From positions 11,162,001 to 11,226,000 of the forward strand of contig NW_024704743.1 of assembly GCF_018977255.1 (NCBI RefSeq): a DNA stretch of 64,000 bases, in the 5' to 3' direction. This DNA is from Callorhinchus milii. Taxonomy: Eukaryota. The translations under genes and the position numbers were made by a program. This document shows positions 1 through 12,400 of this stretch, in pieces. The notes below the pieces were generated by a model that saw only the letters and a list, made by a program, of their open reading frames with translations, was not told the origin of the DNA and made no database searches. Each line of letters begins with the position of its first letter. The stretch's first letter is position 1.

Positions 1-286
1 GTTTATTTTCATTGGAATAGAAAAGGATAGCAGCACAAAACTATGAGGGTAAATGGGGAGAAATTATTTATATTGATAGAGAGTCAGTGGAGAGTCAGAG
101 CATAGTTATAGGATAGCCACAAGTAAGGTGAAAAGAGAACTTAGGAGGATTTTTTTCACCCAGAAATGTATTGGTATGAGGAATGCCCTGCTGGTTCCAT
201 CATGGTAATTGTGCTAATGTGGGTGATTTAATATCAAAGAAGTTGATATTTCAGGTGTATTATTCAATTGTTTTCTTTTTTTCTAG

Positions 287-401
287 CTAGTGACTACACA
301 ATGTACCCATTTTCCACACAAAATTCCAAAGATTTTCAGAATCTTCTCTCTGTTTACTTGGATGCTGTCTTCTTTCCATGTCTCAGAGAGTTGGACTTTT
401 G
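287..401 (+). CDS. PITRM1: PITRM1 exon (ASDYTMYPF...ELDF)
   Basis: ttctag acceptor, TG|gtaag donor, 115 nt. Confidence 0.95.
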
Positions 402-3400
402 GTAAGAATATTCATGTGTGCAAGTGTAGCGTGTGTTAGGGGCATTGCATTTGTGTTTGAAATTCTGAAGTTCAATTTAACTTTAAAATCTTGTTGCTTT
501 TAGCCAGGAAGGATGGAGACTAGAGCATGAAAACCCTCATGATCCAAGTTCACCTCTTGTTTTTAAAGGAGTTGTGTTCAATGAAATGAAGGGTGCATTT
601 GTAAGTTGTATTTTTCCTATAGCATTCCATAATTTGACCCGACTATATTGTAAAGTCCTTATCGTTGTTTCATCTTTTAGTACTCTAATGCAAGATAATG
701 TTTCTTAGCAAAGTGAATACCACTGTACTGAATTGAAAGACCAAAGGTTTCCAATTGATTTTATGAAACAATCTCTTCAGATTCTTTAATGATACATTAA
801 TTTGGGGTTCATCTGAGTTGTCCTTGATTTTATAGCAGCTTTGCAGTACGACAGTGCAGTTGCCATTATATAAAAAAGTGGTCCTCCCGCCACGCTCAAG
901 ACAGATGGAGGGAGAGTGAGGGAGCTTGGGCAATAGCTACTAGAAGGTGTTGCTTGGAGTCCGTGTTTATGAACGCATGCTCATATATCCAAGCTTATCC
1001 AACATAATTAGTTTCATTAGTTTCATGAGTTAGGCGGGTCCAAGGTACTCCAGGGCACCCCTGATGACAGCACAGACAACCTGGCTCATCGGCAGACTTG
1101 AAAGGACAGACCAGTCACTGGGGGCAGGGAGTCATCTCACTCAGCTCCTGTTAATCCTACAAGCCAAAGCCCCAATGGATAGTTTCGGTCCAAGCTGGAC
1201 AAGCAGCAGAGACGGTGCTTTCAATGGTAAGCAATTGGGTTTTAGTTGGTTAAACTCCAGCAGTACTCAATGCACTCTCTAGGGGCCCTAGGCAAGGCTC
1301 AAGTCAACCTGCACACTAACCCTCTGCAGTGTTAGGTAAGCAAGATGCTTCCCTCCAGGGAGAAAATGCACATTTCCAATAAATGTCTTCAGAATTTTCA
1401 TGTATAGGTGTGATACATGGAGCTCTGATTGGTTTAGATCCTCTTAAGAATGTTGATGGGTTTCTGCATGCGTCAGTCACCTGGCTGACATATTAAAAAA
1501 AAGGTGAGCTACTATAAACCATATTTTCCAAATTGATTGTATGTTTAGACATTGTCAGCAAAGAGATTGTTTTTCAAAACCTTTGCATTTAATATAGGAT
1601 TTCTGCTTTATTTCAGACTGATAATGAGAAGCTATATGCTCAGCACGTACAGAATAAAATCCTGCCTGATCACACTTATTCAGTAGTGTCTGGTGGTGAC
1701 CCCATGCATATACCAGAGCTTACATGGGAAGAACTGAAACACTTTCATGCTACACATTACCATCCCAGCAATGCAAGGTATGGTCACAGACAGCGCATTC
1801 ACTTGTATGTGAATCTTTCATTGGTGATGAATCTTTACAAGACATTGGTCAGGTCGCAACTTGAATACTAGTGGTTCAGTTTCCTACAAACAACGAGGAA
1901 GTGAGTCTGGGGGGAGGAGGGTTAGTTGACTAAGACACAGGAATAAATTGCCTTTTCATTCAAAATAATGAGAATCCTTGAGAGAGCCATTGACTCCCAG
2001 CTTCGCTCTTTCCTCCCACTCCCTCCATGAGCTCCTCCAATCTGCTCTGGTCAAGGTCACAAATGACATCCTGACCATGTGTCCAGGGCTCTGCCTCCTC
2101 GCCCTCTCCGCCGCCTTTGATACTGTGGACCACTTAGTTCTCCTCTACTGCCTCCTGCCACCTCAACCTTCAAGGTTCTGTCCTTGATTGGTTCAGGTCC
2201 TACCTTTCACACCGCCTCCACTTCATCTCTGCAAATGGCTTCTCTCCAGCACCCGCACCGTCTCGTGTGGCGTTCCTCAGGGCTCTGTCCTCGGTCCCCT
2301 CCTCTTCACCTCTACATGCTCCCTCTTGGTGACATCATCCACAGACATGGGGTAAATTTCCACATGTATCTGGATGACGCCTAACTCTATCCCTCTGCCT
2401 CCACCCTCAACTCCAGGACTACTGGCATCCTGACCGACTGCCTATCGTACATCAAGTCCTGGATGAGGGACAGCTTTCTCCAACTCAATGTGAGCAAGAC
2501 CACCTGATTGACTTGCGCCAGTGCCTCCATACCTCAGGTGCTGGCAGCATCCACGGCTGCACACTCAACCTCACTAAGCCAGTCAGGAACCTGGGTGTCT
2601 TGTTTGACCCTGAACTTTCCTTTCTTCCCCACATCTGCGCCATGACCGGCACTGCCTACCACCACCTCCCCAACATTGCCAGACTCTGCCACTGCCTCAC
2701 CCATCAGGCTCCGGCCTCCTCCATGTCTCCCACCCGACGCGCTCTACCATCGGTGGCCGGGATTTCAGACTCTCTGCCCCCACACTCTGGAACTCCATCC
2801 CACTTCGCTTCCTCCCTTGCCTCCTTCAAGGCCGGTCTCAAGACCTTCCTCTTCGATCATACCTTTGGTCACCCTCCCACCTCTCTGCCTTCCCTCACCC
2901 TGCCCCACCCATTCCCCGTGCTCTTGTCCTGACCCCCGACTGTCTAGCGCCTTGGGACTTCCTCCTGACGTGAAAGGCGCTCTATAAATGTAATTTTATT
3001 GTTGTTGCAATGCCACAGGATTTTTAACATCTGTCAGATCAATCAGGTAGGACTTCAGTTTAATGAGGTCGTCCAGAAGGCATTGGGTTTGAACCCACAG
3101 CCTTCTGACTTGGGAGGCGAGAGTGCTACCAGTGTGCCATGCAGATGTATGATTATGTTAACTGGAGAAAACCTTACCATGGGCATAAATATTTAAAATG
3201 TATGCGAATAATGCAGGTATTCAACTGAATTCAGTAAGAGTTTTTGCATGAAAAGTGATTATTCATAAGAAATCGTCCATTCCAGGTTCTTCACCTATGG
3301 TGATCTACCATTGGAACAACATTTAAAACAAATCCAGGAAGAGGCACTTTGTAAATTCAATCGAATTGAAACTGACACTGCAGTTCCGATACAGCAACGT

Positions 3401-6400
3401 TGGAGCAAGCCGGTTAGTGGAGTACTCTATCTATCAATAGACAATCAATACTGTAGTTTCTTATCTCAAGACTGAAGAGACCTAGCTTGTCTAATTGTTG
3501 CTTATAGCTCAATTCCTCTAACACTGATGATTATTCTTGTTGATCTCCTCTGCACTGACTCTGGGGCCTAGGCAGCCCTATATGATGTGGCCAGAACTAT
3601 ACAGTACTCTGCAGAATAACATGTAGCTTGAGAATAATGTCTGAGGAACTGAATTCTACAGATTTAGCAATTTAGCCCAGCATCCTGTTTGTCTTGTTTA
3701 TTGCTGCTTTTTGACATAGTGAGCTGACACTCTTAGATCTTCCTGAGCCTTCTTGGAAACTTTATAGAGTCCTGTAGCGTATTGTTTAGAGCACTCACCT
3801 CGCAAGCAAGAGAACCTGGGTTCAGTTCCCGGACAGGACGAAATGTTAGGCAAGTTTGCTTACTTCTATATGCCTATTATTATTACTTCTTACTTCTATA
3901 TGCCTATTATTATTATTATTATTATTATTTATTTACCTAGCAGTAAGTGGGAACCTGGTTGTTATTCGATTAGCGGATCGCTTTTCCAGGAATAATAATC
4001 CCTTCAAAATAATAATAATTTGATTACCGTTTGTGGGACATTGCTGTGCGCAACTGGTTGCCGCGTTTTGCCCACAAAATATACAGTCAATTCACTTTAC
4101 AGGATATTCTGTGAAGCGCTTTGAGATGGCTTGAAGACCCAGTAAGGAGCTGTATCAAATGCGAGGATTATTATTACTAAGTTCTATCTGTGTGGTATAT
4201 GTGTTTTCCTACTCTTACTTCCTATATGGGACACCTTGCATTTACCTGCAATAAACAACAACAAAAATTGCATTTATATAGCACCTTTCATGCCAGGAGG
4301 TGTTCCTACATCCTGGATAGTCATGGGTTTGATCAAGAGAGGTGGAGGGCAAGTGGGGTGTGAACTGTGATGGGAGGATTACTGAAGGCACGGTCAAAGA
4401 GTTAAGATCTTGAGATGTGTTTTGAAGGAGGCAAGGGAAGGGATGAGGCTAAGGGACTCCGGGATAGAGTTTCAGATAAGATAGGAGGAGCAGAAAGGCT
4501 GAAGGCTCAACTACTGATAGTGGAATGGGCAGGGTACGGGAATTTGTAAAACCTGAATTTCACTGTGAAATGTAGTGAATGTATTTGTGGGCACATGCGG
4601 AAGCCAATTTTGGAGATGTTTTGAGCAATGCTCCATCAAATGCAAGGATTATTATCATTATTTAGAATAATGTTCATCTGAGAACAGGGCTTGGAATCTT
4701 GGTTCAAAGCAATTCAGCACATCCCCTATTTTTATGGCTTGACTCCAAAAGTTGAAGGCCAGTTTTACACTTGTTGCTTTTGTTTTGCAGAGAGAGTGTC
4801 ATGTGACTTGTGGTCCTGATTCAATGGCTCCTGATCCTACCAAACAAACCATGTTCAGTGTCAGCTTCTTATTGGGAGAGTAAGTATTTATTATTTTGAG
4901 TTGTTTTTGATAGAGGAAGTGTATTTTTTATGTTTTAAATTTGTGGCATAAATTTGACAAGCTTATGTTCGTCCTTAGTAGGATCACGAATAAGCACATT
5001 AATCCTATTAAACCTATTTTGAAAATGTATTAGTTTGTTGGAGCTTTATATGCAAATCACATTTTCTTGCCTTTAGACTAGATAGTTAAGAGCCTATATA
5101 GTTCTAATCATCCAGTTATGATGCTTGAAAACCCATAAAGAATGTATCCCATGTATTTTCTAACTCAGTGTTTGTAGCTCAAAATCCAGAATTGATTGTA
5201 GTCTGTTTATATTACTACTCAAACTGGTATTTGTACTTTGAGTCAGTATTGAACTTGCTAAAATGGTAAACAACCTCTTGCATTTATACAGCACCCTTCA
5301 CATAGGATAGCACATTTCTAGGGCACAGAATTTAGAAGTAAAACTAGCTTGCAGTTCATTTGTAGCCATAAGTAAATAGAATTAAGCTTATATTTAATAA
5401 TTCTTGCATTTAGTTTGAACTTACCAGGGAGAAATCTTAAGAGGTTATGTTGAATAATTTCAGAGTTATTGCTGATTTCAAGAGTAGAATATCACCAATT
5501 AACTTTGCTCTCAAGTTGGTAAGGACTGGGAACAATCCATGTCTTTGTTTTGAAGAGCATCTTCAGTCTCTGGAAGTACTGTAATTGAATTTAAATTTCC
5601 TCTCACAATTTCAAATTGAACCGGTGTTTCAGGGATGGTAAAGTAGTTGAAGTGTGGGGGATGGAGTAGTTTCCAACATTTTTAAAACAAAGATACAAAA
5701 GTTTTCTTCAAATAAAGGATCATTTATATTAAATCTCTTTATTTTGTTCTGATTGTACTACACAGTGAGACTATTTCAGTAACTTCAGCTACATTACACA
5801 ATATCTCTTGTTTATTTCTTGATATTCCTTTCGCCTCACTCCCACACTTGCCTCCTTCATTGCATCATTGCACGTCTCAAGACCCTCCTCTTCAACCGAG
5901 CCTTCGGTCACCCTCCCTACCCTGCATGCTCCCTGATCTCAACCCCTCTTCCCCGCCCGTCCCCCCCCTCCCCCACTCTGCTCGTATCCAAATCCATGAT
6001 TGTCAAGCACCTTGGGACATCCTCTCAGCGTGAAAAGTGCTATACAGATATAATTCTGTAAATGTACAATAGTTCACATGAGAAAACGCTATTTGATCCA
6101 TTGAAGCCCCAACCTCTCGTACGTTAGGTCTTCCATCGTGATATCAAAATATGTTTTGAAAAACCCCAAAGATTTTGCATTTTTGCTGATGTCTTGAATA
6201 GCAGAGAGGTGAATTTGTACACTTGTTACATGATGAATTCTTTGATATGGTTTTAAAAAGCATAGTTGGAATATGTACATTTCTTATCATGCCTTTTAAG
6301 ATGATTGGTCTGGATAATTGATTTAGTCTCCTTGCAGAAACTTTGGCTAGAATATGCACTACATTGACTTCCTTGCCCAATACTTGTAGCTCTGGAATGT

Positions 6401-9400
6401 TTACAAAATATTTCCAACAATGTGATCATATTTCATTAATACTGTAAATTGCAATGATTGAACGCTGAATGACCTTTTGTCATTACCTTTTGTCATCATT
6501 TTTATACAAGTATGTATAAAACTCAAATTGCTACTCATTCCAGTTTAAACCAACCAAAACGATACTGTAAATTTCCCCTTTTCTGCTATTATAAGAATTA
6601 TGTTGTTTCTGCTTATATGATTATTTGAGAGAAATTTAAGCTTTTGTTTATATAAATTTCAGAAATGTTGATACAGTGTCATGCTTTTAACATTTAGTGT
6701 CTCAAGTACAATTCAGTTTCAAAACGCATTTATATATTTAATATATAAAAGTGGGTAGTTGTAAAAGTGAATGGGTGTGAGCGGAGTGGGCTTTGTGGCT
6801 TGATCACGCCAGCAACAGTCACTTCAGCAAGACATTGGAGTGCAGTTAGAACTCATGGAATAGTGGCCTTCAAAGGGGGGCAAACATATCGCAAGAATAG
6901 TCAGCTCCAGGGGTGTGGGGGAAATGTTATCTGTGGAATCCTGCAGCTCAGTGGTTAGAGCGCTCGCCTCACAAGCGAAAGACCTGCATTCAATTCCCAG
7001 CAGGGCAAAACCTTAGGCAAGTTTCCTCACTCCACACCCACACGCCTCGATTTACCAATCAGTAAGTAGGAACCCGCTTGTTAGTTGATTGATGGATCGC
7101 TTTCCAGGGGTAAAAATCCCTTCAAAATAATAATAATTTGGTCACTCAATCATCAACTGTTTGTGGGATACTGCTGTGTGCAATTGACTGCTGCATTTCG
7201 CCCACAAAATATACAACCTATTCACTTTACAGTATATTCTGTGAAGCGCTTTGAGATATCTCGAAGACTTGATAAGGCAAGGATTATTATTTTTGTCTAA
7301 TTTTTTTTTAGGGGAGGCTAGGGACTGTTTTTCTTACCGCAACTATGTCTTACTGAAATGTCTTCCTGTAGTATCACAGATAGCTTTGAAGGATTCACAC
7401 TCAGTCTTCTGTCATCCTTGCTGGTATCTGGACCCAATTCTCCTTTTTACAAGGCCTTGATTGAGTTTCAGATTGGTACTGACTTTGCCCCTGTTGTCGG
7501 GTAAGTGCCCAGTTTATTTTTTAAAACTGTTTTAAACTGTTATTAGTGTTATTCAAACAGAAATTGTTTTGTATCTGATTTTTTTCTTATAATAATCCTT
7601 GCATTTGATATAGCACCTTATCATGTCATTGAAACATCTATGTATACTGTAAAATATATACACAAAATATAGTCAATTCGCTTTAAGGAATATTCTGTGA
7701 TGCGCTTTGAGACGTTTAAGGCGCTATATCAAATGCAAGCATTATTATTATAAAGTGAATTAATTTTACAGTTTTGTTTTGTGGGTGGAAGGATATGATA
7801 GGTTTTAGCCTTTTGCATTCTTTTGCTGGAAGTTTGTTCTATTTTCCAGGTATGATGGCAGTACTCGAGAGGCTTGCTTCAGTGTGGGACTACAAGGGAT
7901 TGCAGAACAAGATATTCAAACGGTGAAACAAATCATTGTCAAAATAATTGATGAAACAATCAAGTATGTGATCCATAATGCAAAGTATGTTAATTGTATG
8001 ATTAAAGTCTAGGGTGCCACTAGAGTAGTGGGTTGTTGGTTTGAGATCTTCCTGTCTATGCTATCTCTTCCAGCCCTATTCACCTCTCTGTACCTTTTGC
8101 TATATTGCTTGTTCCTCACTTTTTCCATTTGAATATTGGTGAACGAGCCTTCAGGTACCACACTTCTGTCTTCTGGAATTTTTCCAAACCCTTTGTCTTG
8201 CTTTTGCTTTTCCTTCCTATAAGCCAATGTTTATTCTTTTGTTCACAATTTTTTTTCGATATGAAAGGAATGGCTTTGAGGAAGAGAGAATAGAAGCACT
8301 TCTGCATAAGATTGAGATCCAGCAGAAGCACCAGTCTACTAATTTTGGCCTTGCGTTGGCATCGGTAAGTATTTGTTAACCACAAGATGTCACTCTAACC
8401 AAACATTGTAACAGTGCTATGGTTTAGTCAGAAAGTACCACAAGATAGTGCTGCAATCTGCCTGCTGCACCATGAAAACCACTGAAGTATCATAATACAC
8501 TTCTTGTGTTTTGGTATATAGTTTATGTGATTCTGTTAATGTTTGTACAAAGTTCTCTTTTTGTAGTACTTCAGATGCATTTTACAGCATACTTGATCTT
8601 GAGTCATCAAATGACCTTGATTCTATATGTGGCCCAATACTATTGCAGAGATATTAAGAGTACTACCAAAGAAGGATTGTGATTGGATCGTTGAACTGTC
8701 AGAGCTGACTGTGATTCTTTTTGGTCCGTTACTGTAGAAAATAGAATAATCATAGAATCGTACACTACAAAAAAGGGGCCCTTCGGCCCATCAAGTCTGT
8801 GCCGGCTCTTTGAAAAGAGCAATGCATTGTCAATCCCACTCCCCAGCCCTTTCCCCATAACCATGCAGACCTGTCCTCCTCAAATACCCTTCCACTGCGT
8901 TTTTAAATAAGATCCTTAAGGAGATACAAATAAAACTCAGCATAGTAGGTTATGGTAATCTGATTCTCATTGTCTTCCAGTCCAGAAGTCATTGCCATTG
9001 GTTTTAGTTGCAATATATATGCTCAGCATTTGATATTAATTTCTGGTATCTTGCACCTCAGAAAAAGGTTGCCCTGGATCATTGGTGAATATTGGCCTTT
9101 TTGGCATCAAATAACTACCACCTTAATTTCAGATTTATGATCTAACTATTGGTTGGTTCCTCCCTGTATATGATTTAACCCAAAGTTTGGTCTGTCTCCC
9201 AGACAATTTCTGAGGTGCGCACACTTGAAGAGTGCCTTGTTCAACAACCATAGAGCAGAAGCTGTACTATTTATCTGGGCATCTCTAGATTTCTGACCAT
9301 TGGGGTAGGTCCCACTCGGTTTCATACAACTTTACAGCAGAGAAACTGCTCGTTCAGCTGTCAGCTCATTCACAGTCTGCGCCTGTGTTTTTCTCCACTT

Positions 9401-12400
9401 GGGCCACACATGAGGCAATCTAATTCCACTCTTTTGCTTGTTTTTATTCACTTTAATATGCTCCTCTTCAAGAATCCACTCAATTTATGTTTTAAAAAAC
9501 AAATGATTTTTGCTTCAATTATTGTGGCAGAGAATTTCATATGTTACTGCCCTCTTTCTAACCCCATATTTTTGTGAGTGCTTGAATTTGTGCCCTCTAG
9601 TTACTGACTCACCAGCTAATGGAAATAATCATTACTATTTACACTGTCATAATTCTTCACTGTGTATCAGGTTACTACTTAACACTCTCAGCCTTTGTGA
9701 TAGCAGCCTTAGCTTCTTAAATTTCCCTTCATAAATGGAACCTCTCAGGCTTGGTAGCATCCTAGTGAATCTACCCTACAACTACAGTGGAGTCCTGTAG
9801 CTCAGTGGTTAGAGCACTCGCTTTGCAAGCGAGAGACCTGAGTTCAATTCCAGGCAGGGCGAAACCTTGGGCAAGTTTCCTTGCTCCACACAGAGCCTAA
9901 TAATAATCCCTCCAAAACCAAAAACAATAATAAATTGGTCATTTTCAATCTACGACTGTTTGTGGGACATTGCTGTGCGCAATTGGCTGCCGCGTTCGCC
10001 CACAAATATACAGTCAATTCACTTTACAGTATATTCTGTGAAGCGCTTTGGGACGTCCTCCCGACGTGAAAAGCGCTATAACAAATGCAAGGATTATTAT
10101 TATTATTATTATTATAACTCTCCTAGCCTTCAGATGATATGTTAAACGGAGGTTCCATCTGCCTGTTTAGGTGGATGTTAAAGATCCCATGGCAATATTC
10201 AAAAAGAGAAAGAAGTTTCTCCCAGTGTCCTGGCCAACAATCCCCCAAATAAAATTGGTTAGTCTCTCCGGGGCTGATTGTGCGTGCAAACTGGCTGCCA
10301 TATTTCGACCACAAAATACATAGTCTTCACACTTTGCAGTAATCATGTGAAGCGCTTTGAGATGTCTCAACATCATAAGGAGCTATATCAAATCAAAGTT
10401 TATTCTTACCTTTTCATATGCTTGCTATAATGGAGTGGGGCGCCCATAACAGTACATCTGCAGAAGAATGTGATGGGAAGACCATCGTATGAATCATCCT
10501 GGTTGTTGGATAAAGATCTGGGGATCTTTTCTAGCAAGTGGCATATTTTCTAACCATTACTACGCTGAATGGAATTGCGACTAGGTATAACTATGTTTTG
10601 GAAGGAGCGTTTTCAGCCTCTCCGGGGATATGTTGGTTGTGAGTGACAGCTGTCTGCTTCAGTGCCTATTTCTTCTAAAGGTCCACTACACAAAGGCAGG
10701 TCATTTCTGACTGACCTCTGTTGCACGGAACAATATTCCTAGAATTGTAAGTTGCAAAACATCTTGGTTTGGGAAGATGTTCGAAATAGCAGACTTGGAG
10801 ATTTTGTTCTTGCCACCGATTCCAAGAACACTGCTCCTGGTATTGGGCTATACATTCATTTGTTGTGGATTTCCAAGAACCCAGAAAGAACACATTTCAC
10901 TTTTGTTTGTGTGTGTTCCTTAACTCAGCCTTCACTGTACTATATCTTCTGAATTGGTCCCCATCCTCTCTTTGACTGAAGTGGAATTCTTAAACTTTAC
11001 TATCTTTTTCCTTGCTATCTTGTGTTTTTTTTAAAAAAAACAATGATGACTTTTAGATGTGATTTATTTTAGCTTTATCCCGGATGTGTTTAGGTTTTAG
11101 TACATATTTAAGTGTTGTAGATCTCCCTATAGTTCTACATAAATGATTAAGACAGTTTAAACTTGAAAAATAAGCCTTGTGAATATTAATTCAGAATCTG
11201 GAGAATAAAATAGCATTTTGGGAGCCAATAAGCAGAAAGATGCATCTTTGTTATTGGTGAACTCAATTTCATCAACTTTTTAGTTGAATAAAGTACAAAC
11301 AAAATTAACTTTTCTCCTGGCATCTTTATATTATGAGAAAATGAGTAGATAAAGCTTGTTGAAAAAGTGAACTGAATGTGCATATGTATGTTTCCAATTG
11401 GGAATCGTACTAATAAATAAAATCATTTTTGTAAACTGAAATCGAGGCAATGAATCTGTGATGTTCTTTAAAACTACGAAGAAAACTAATAAAAATCAAA
11501 GTAATAAACCGTTATTTTATAAAAATGAAACTAGTTTTGAGATATTTTTATTCAGTATATAAATTCATTAAATATACTATAACGTAATGTCAATTTATAT
11601 AATGCCCTTCACATTTGGAAGGATGTCTCAAAACGTTTAGACTGGTTATTCACTATGTCTGTTTTATAGTTCCAACTTTGTAAATCAAGCTATTACTAGC
11701 AAACAGGTTTCCACTTCAAACTAATTGTTTCCACTGCAAACAGGTAGCTAATTCTGTGTGTGTCTATCCTCAGTTTATTTCAACAACCTGGAACCATGAT
11801 GGTGATCCTGTGGAGGTTCTGCAGATTAATGAAAAAGTGACTTGGTTTAGAAAATGTCTAAAAGAAAATCCACATTTTCTACAAGAAAAAGTCAAGCAGT
11901 ATTTTAAGGTAAGGGCCTTGTGTTTTTTTATCACTTTTTTTTTTGGAAGTACAAGCTTACTGAGTCACTATCCACACTCATCTTCAAAAATCAAATTGTC
12001 ACGGGGAATTAGCAGTTTTGTCATTCTCGCTGACTTTTAGGTATTTGTATATGGTGCGCTCTTGCTGCCTGTTCAGATGGAAGTTACAGATCCCATGGCA
12101 TTATTCAAAACGTTTTTCCGGGTGTCTTGGCCAGCAATCCCTCGAATGAAAAAAATTACCATCAACTTCATGGCTATTTGTGGGACCTTAAACTGCGCAA
12201 ATTGCCTGCTGTGTTTGCAGTAAATCTTGTGAAGTGCTTTCATCTGAAATGCAAAGATTATCATACAGTCTAATGTAATACAACATAATAATCTTTGAAT
12301 TTGATATTGAACATTATGTCATCGAGACATACAGTACTTCACAGGATTTTACTGTGAAACGTAGTGACGATTTGTAGGCGAATGTGACAGCCAGTTTGCT

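Noticed and set aside
400..507. Cys instead of Trp at the PITRM1 exon junction (LDF-C-QEGW) and tandem acceptor TAG/CCAG
   Set aside because: To my knowledge this position varies among homologues, and the downstream AG would shift the frame; no sign of pseudogenisation.
9789..9862. tRNA-Ala(TGC)-like sequence (also at 48259 and other SINE heads)
   Set aside because: It is the head of a repeated SINE, continuing into the SINE core and (ATT)n tail; not a stand-alone tRNA gene.
10440..10900. Possible decayed L1/Tx1-like coding remnant
   Set aside because: Only one vague KIxGIF-like word; too weak to call.
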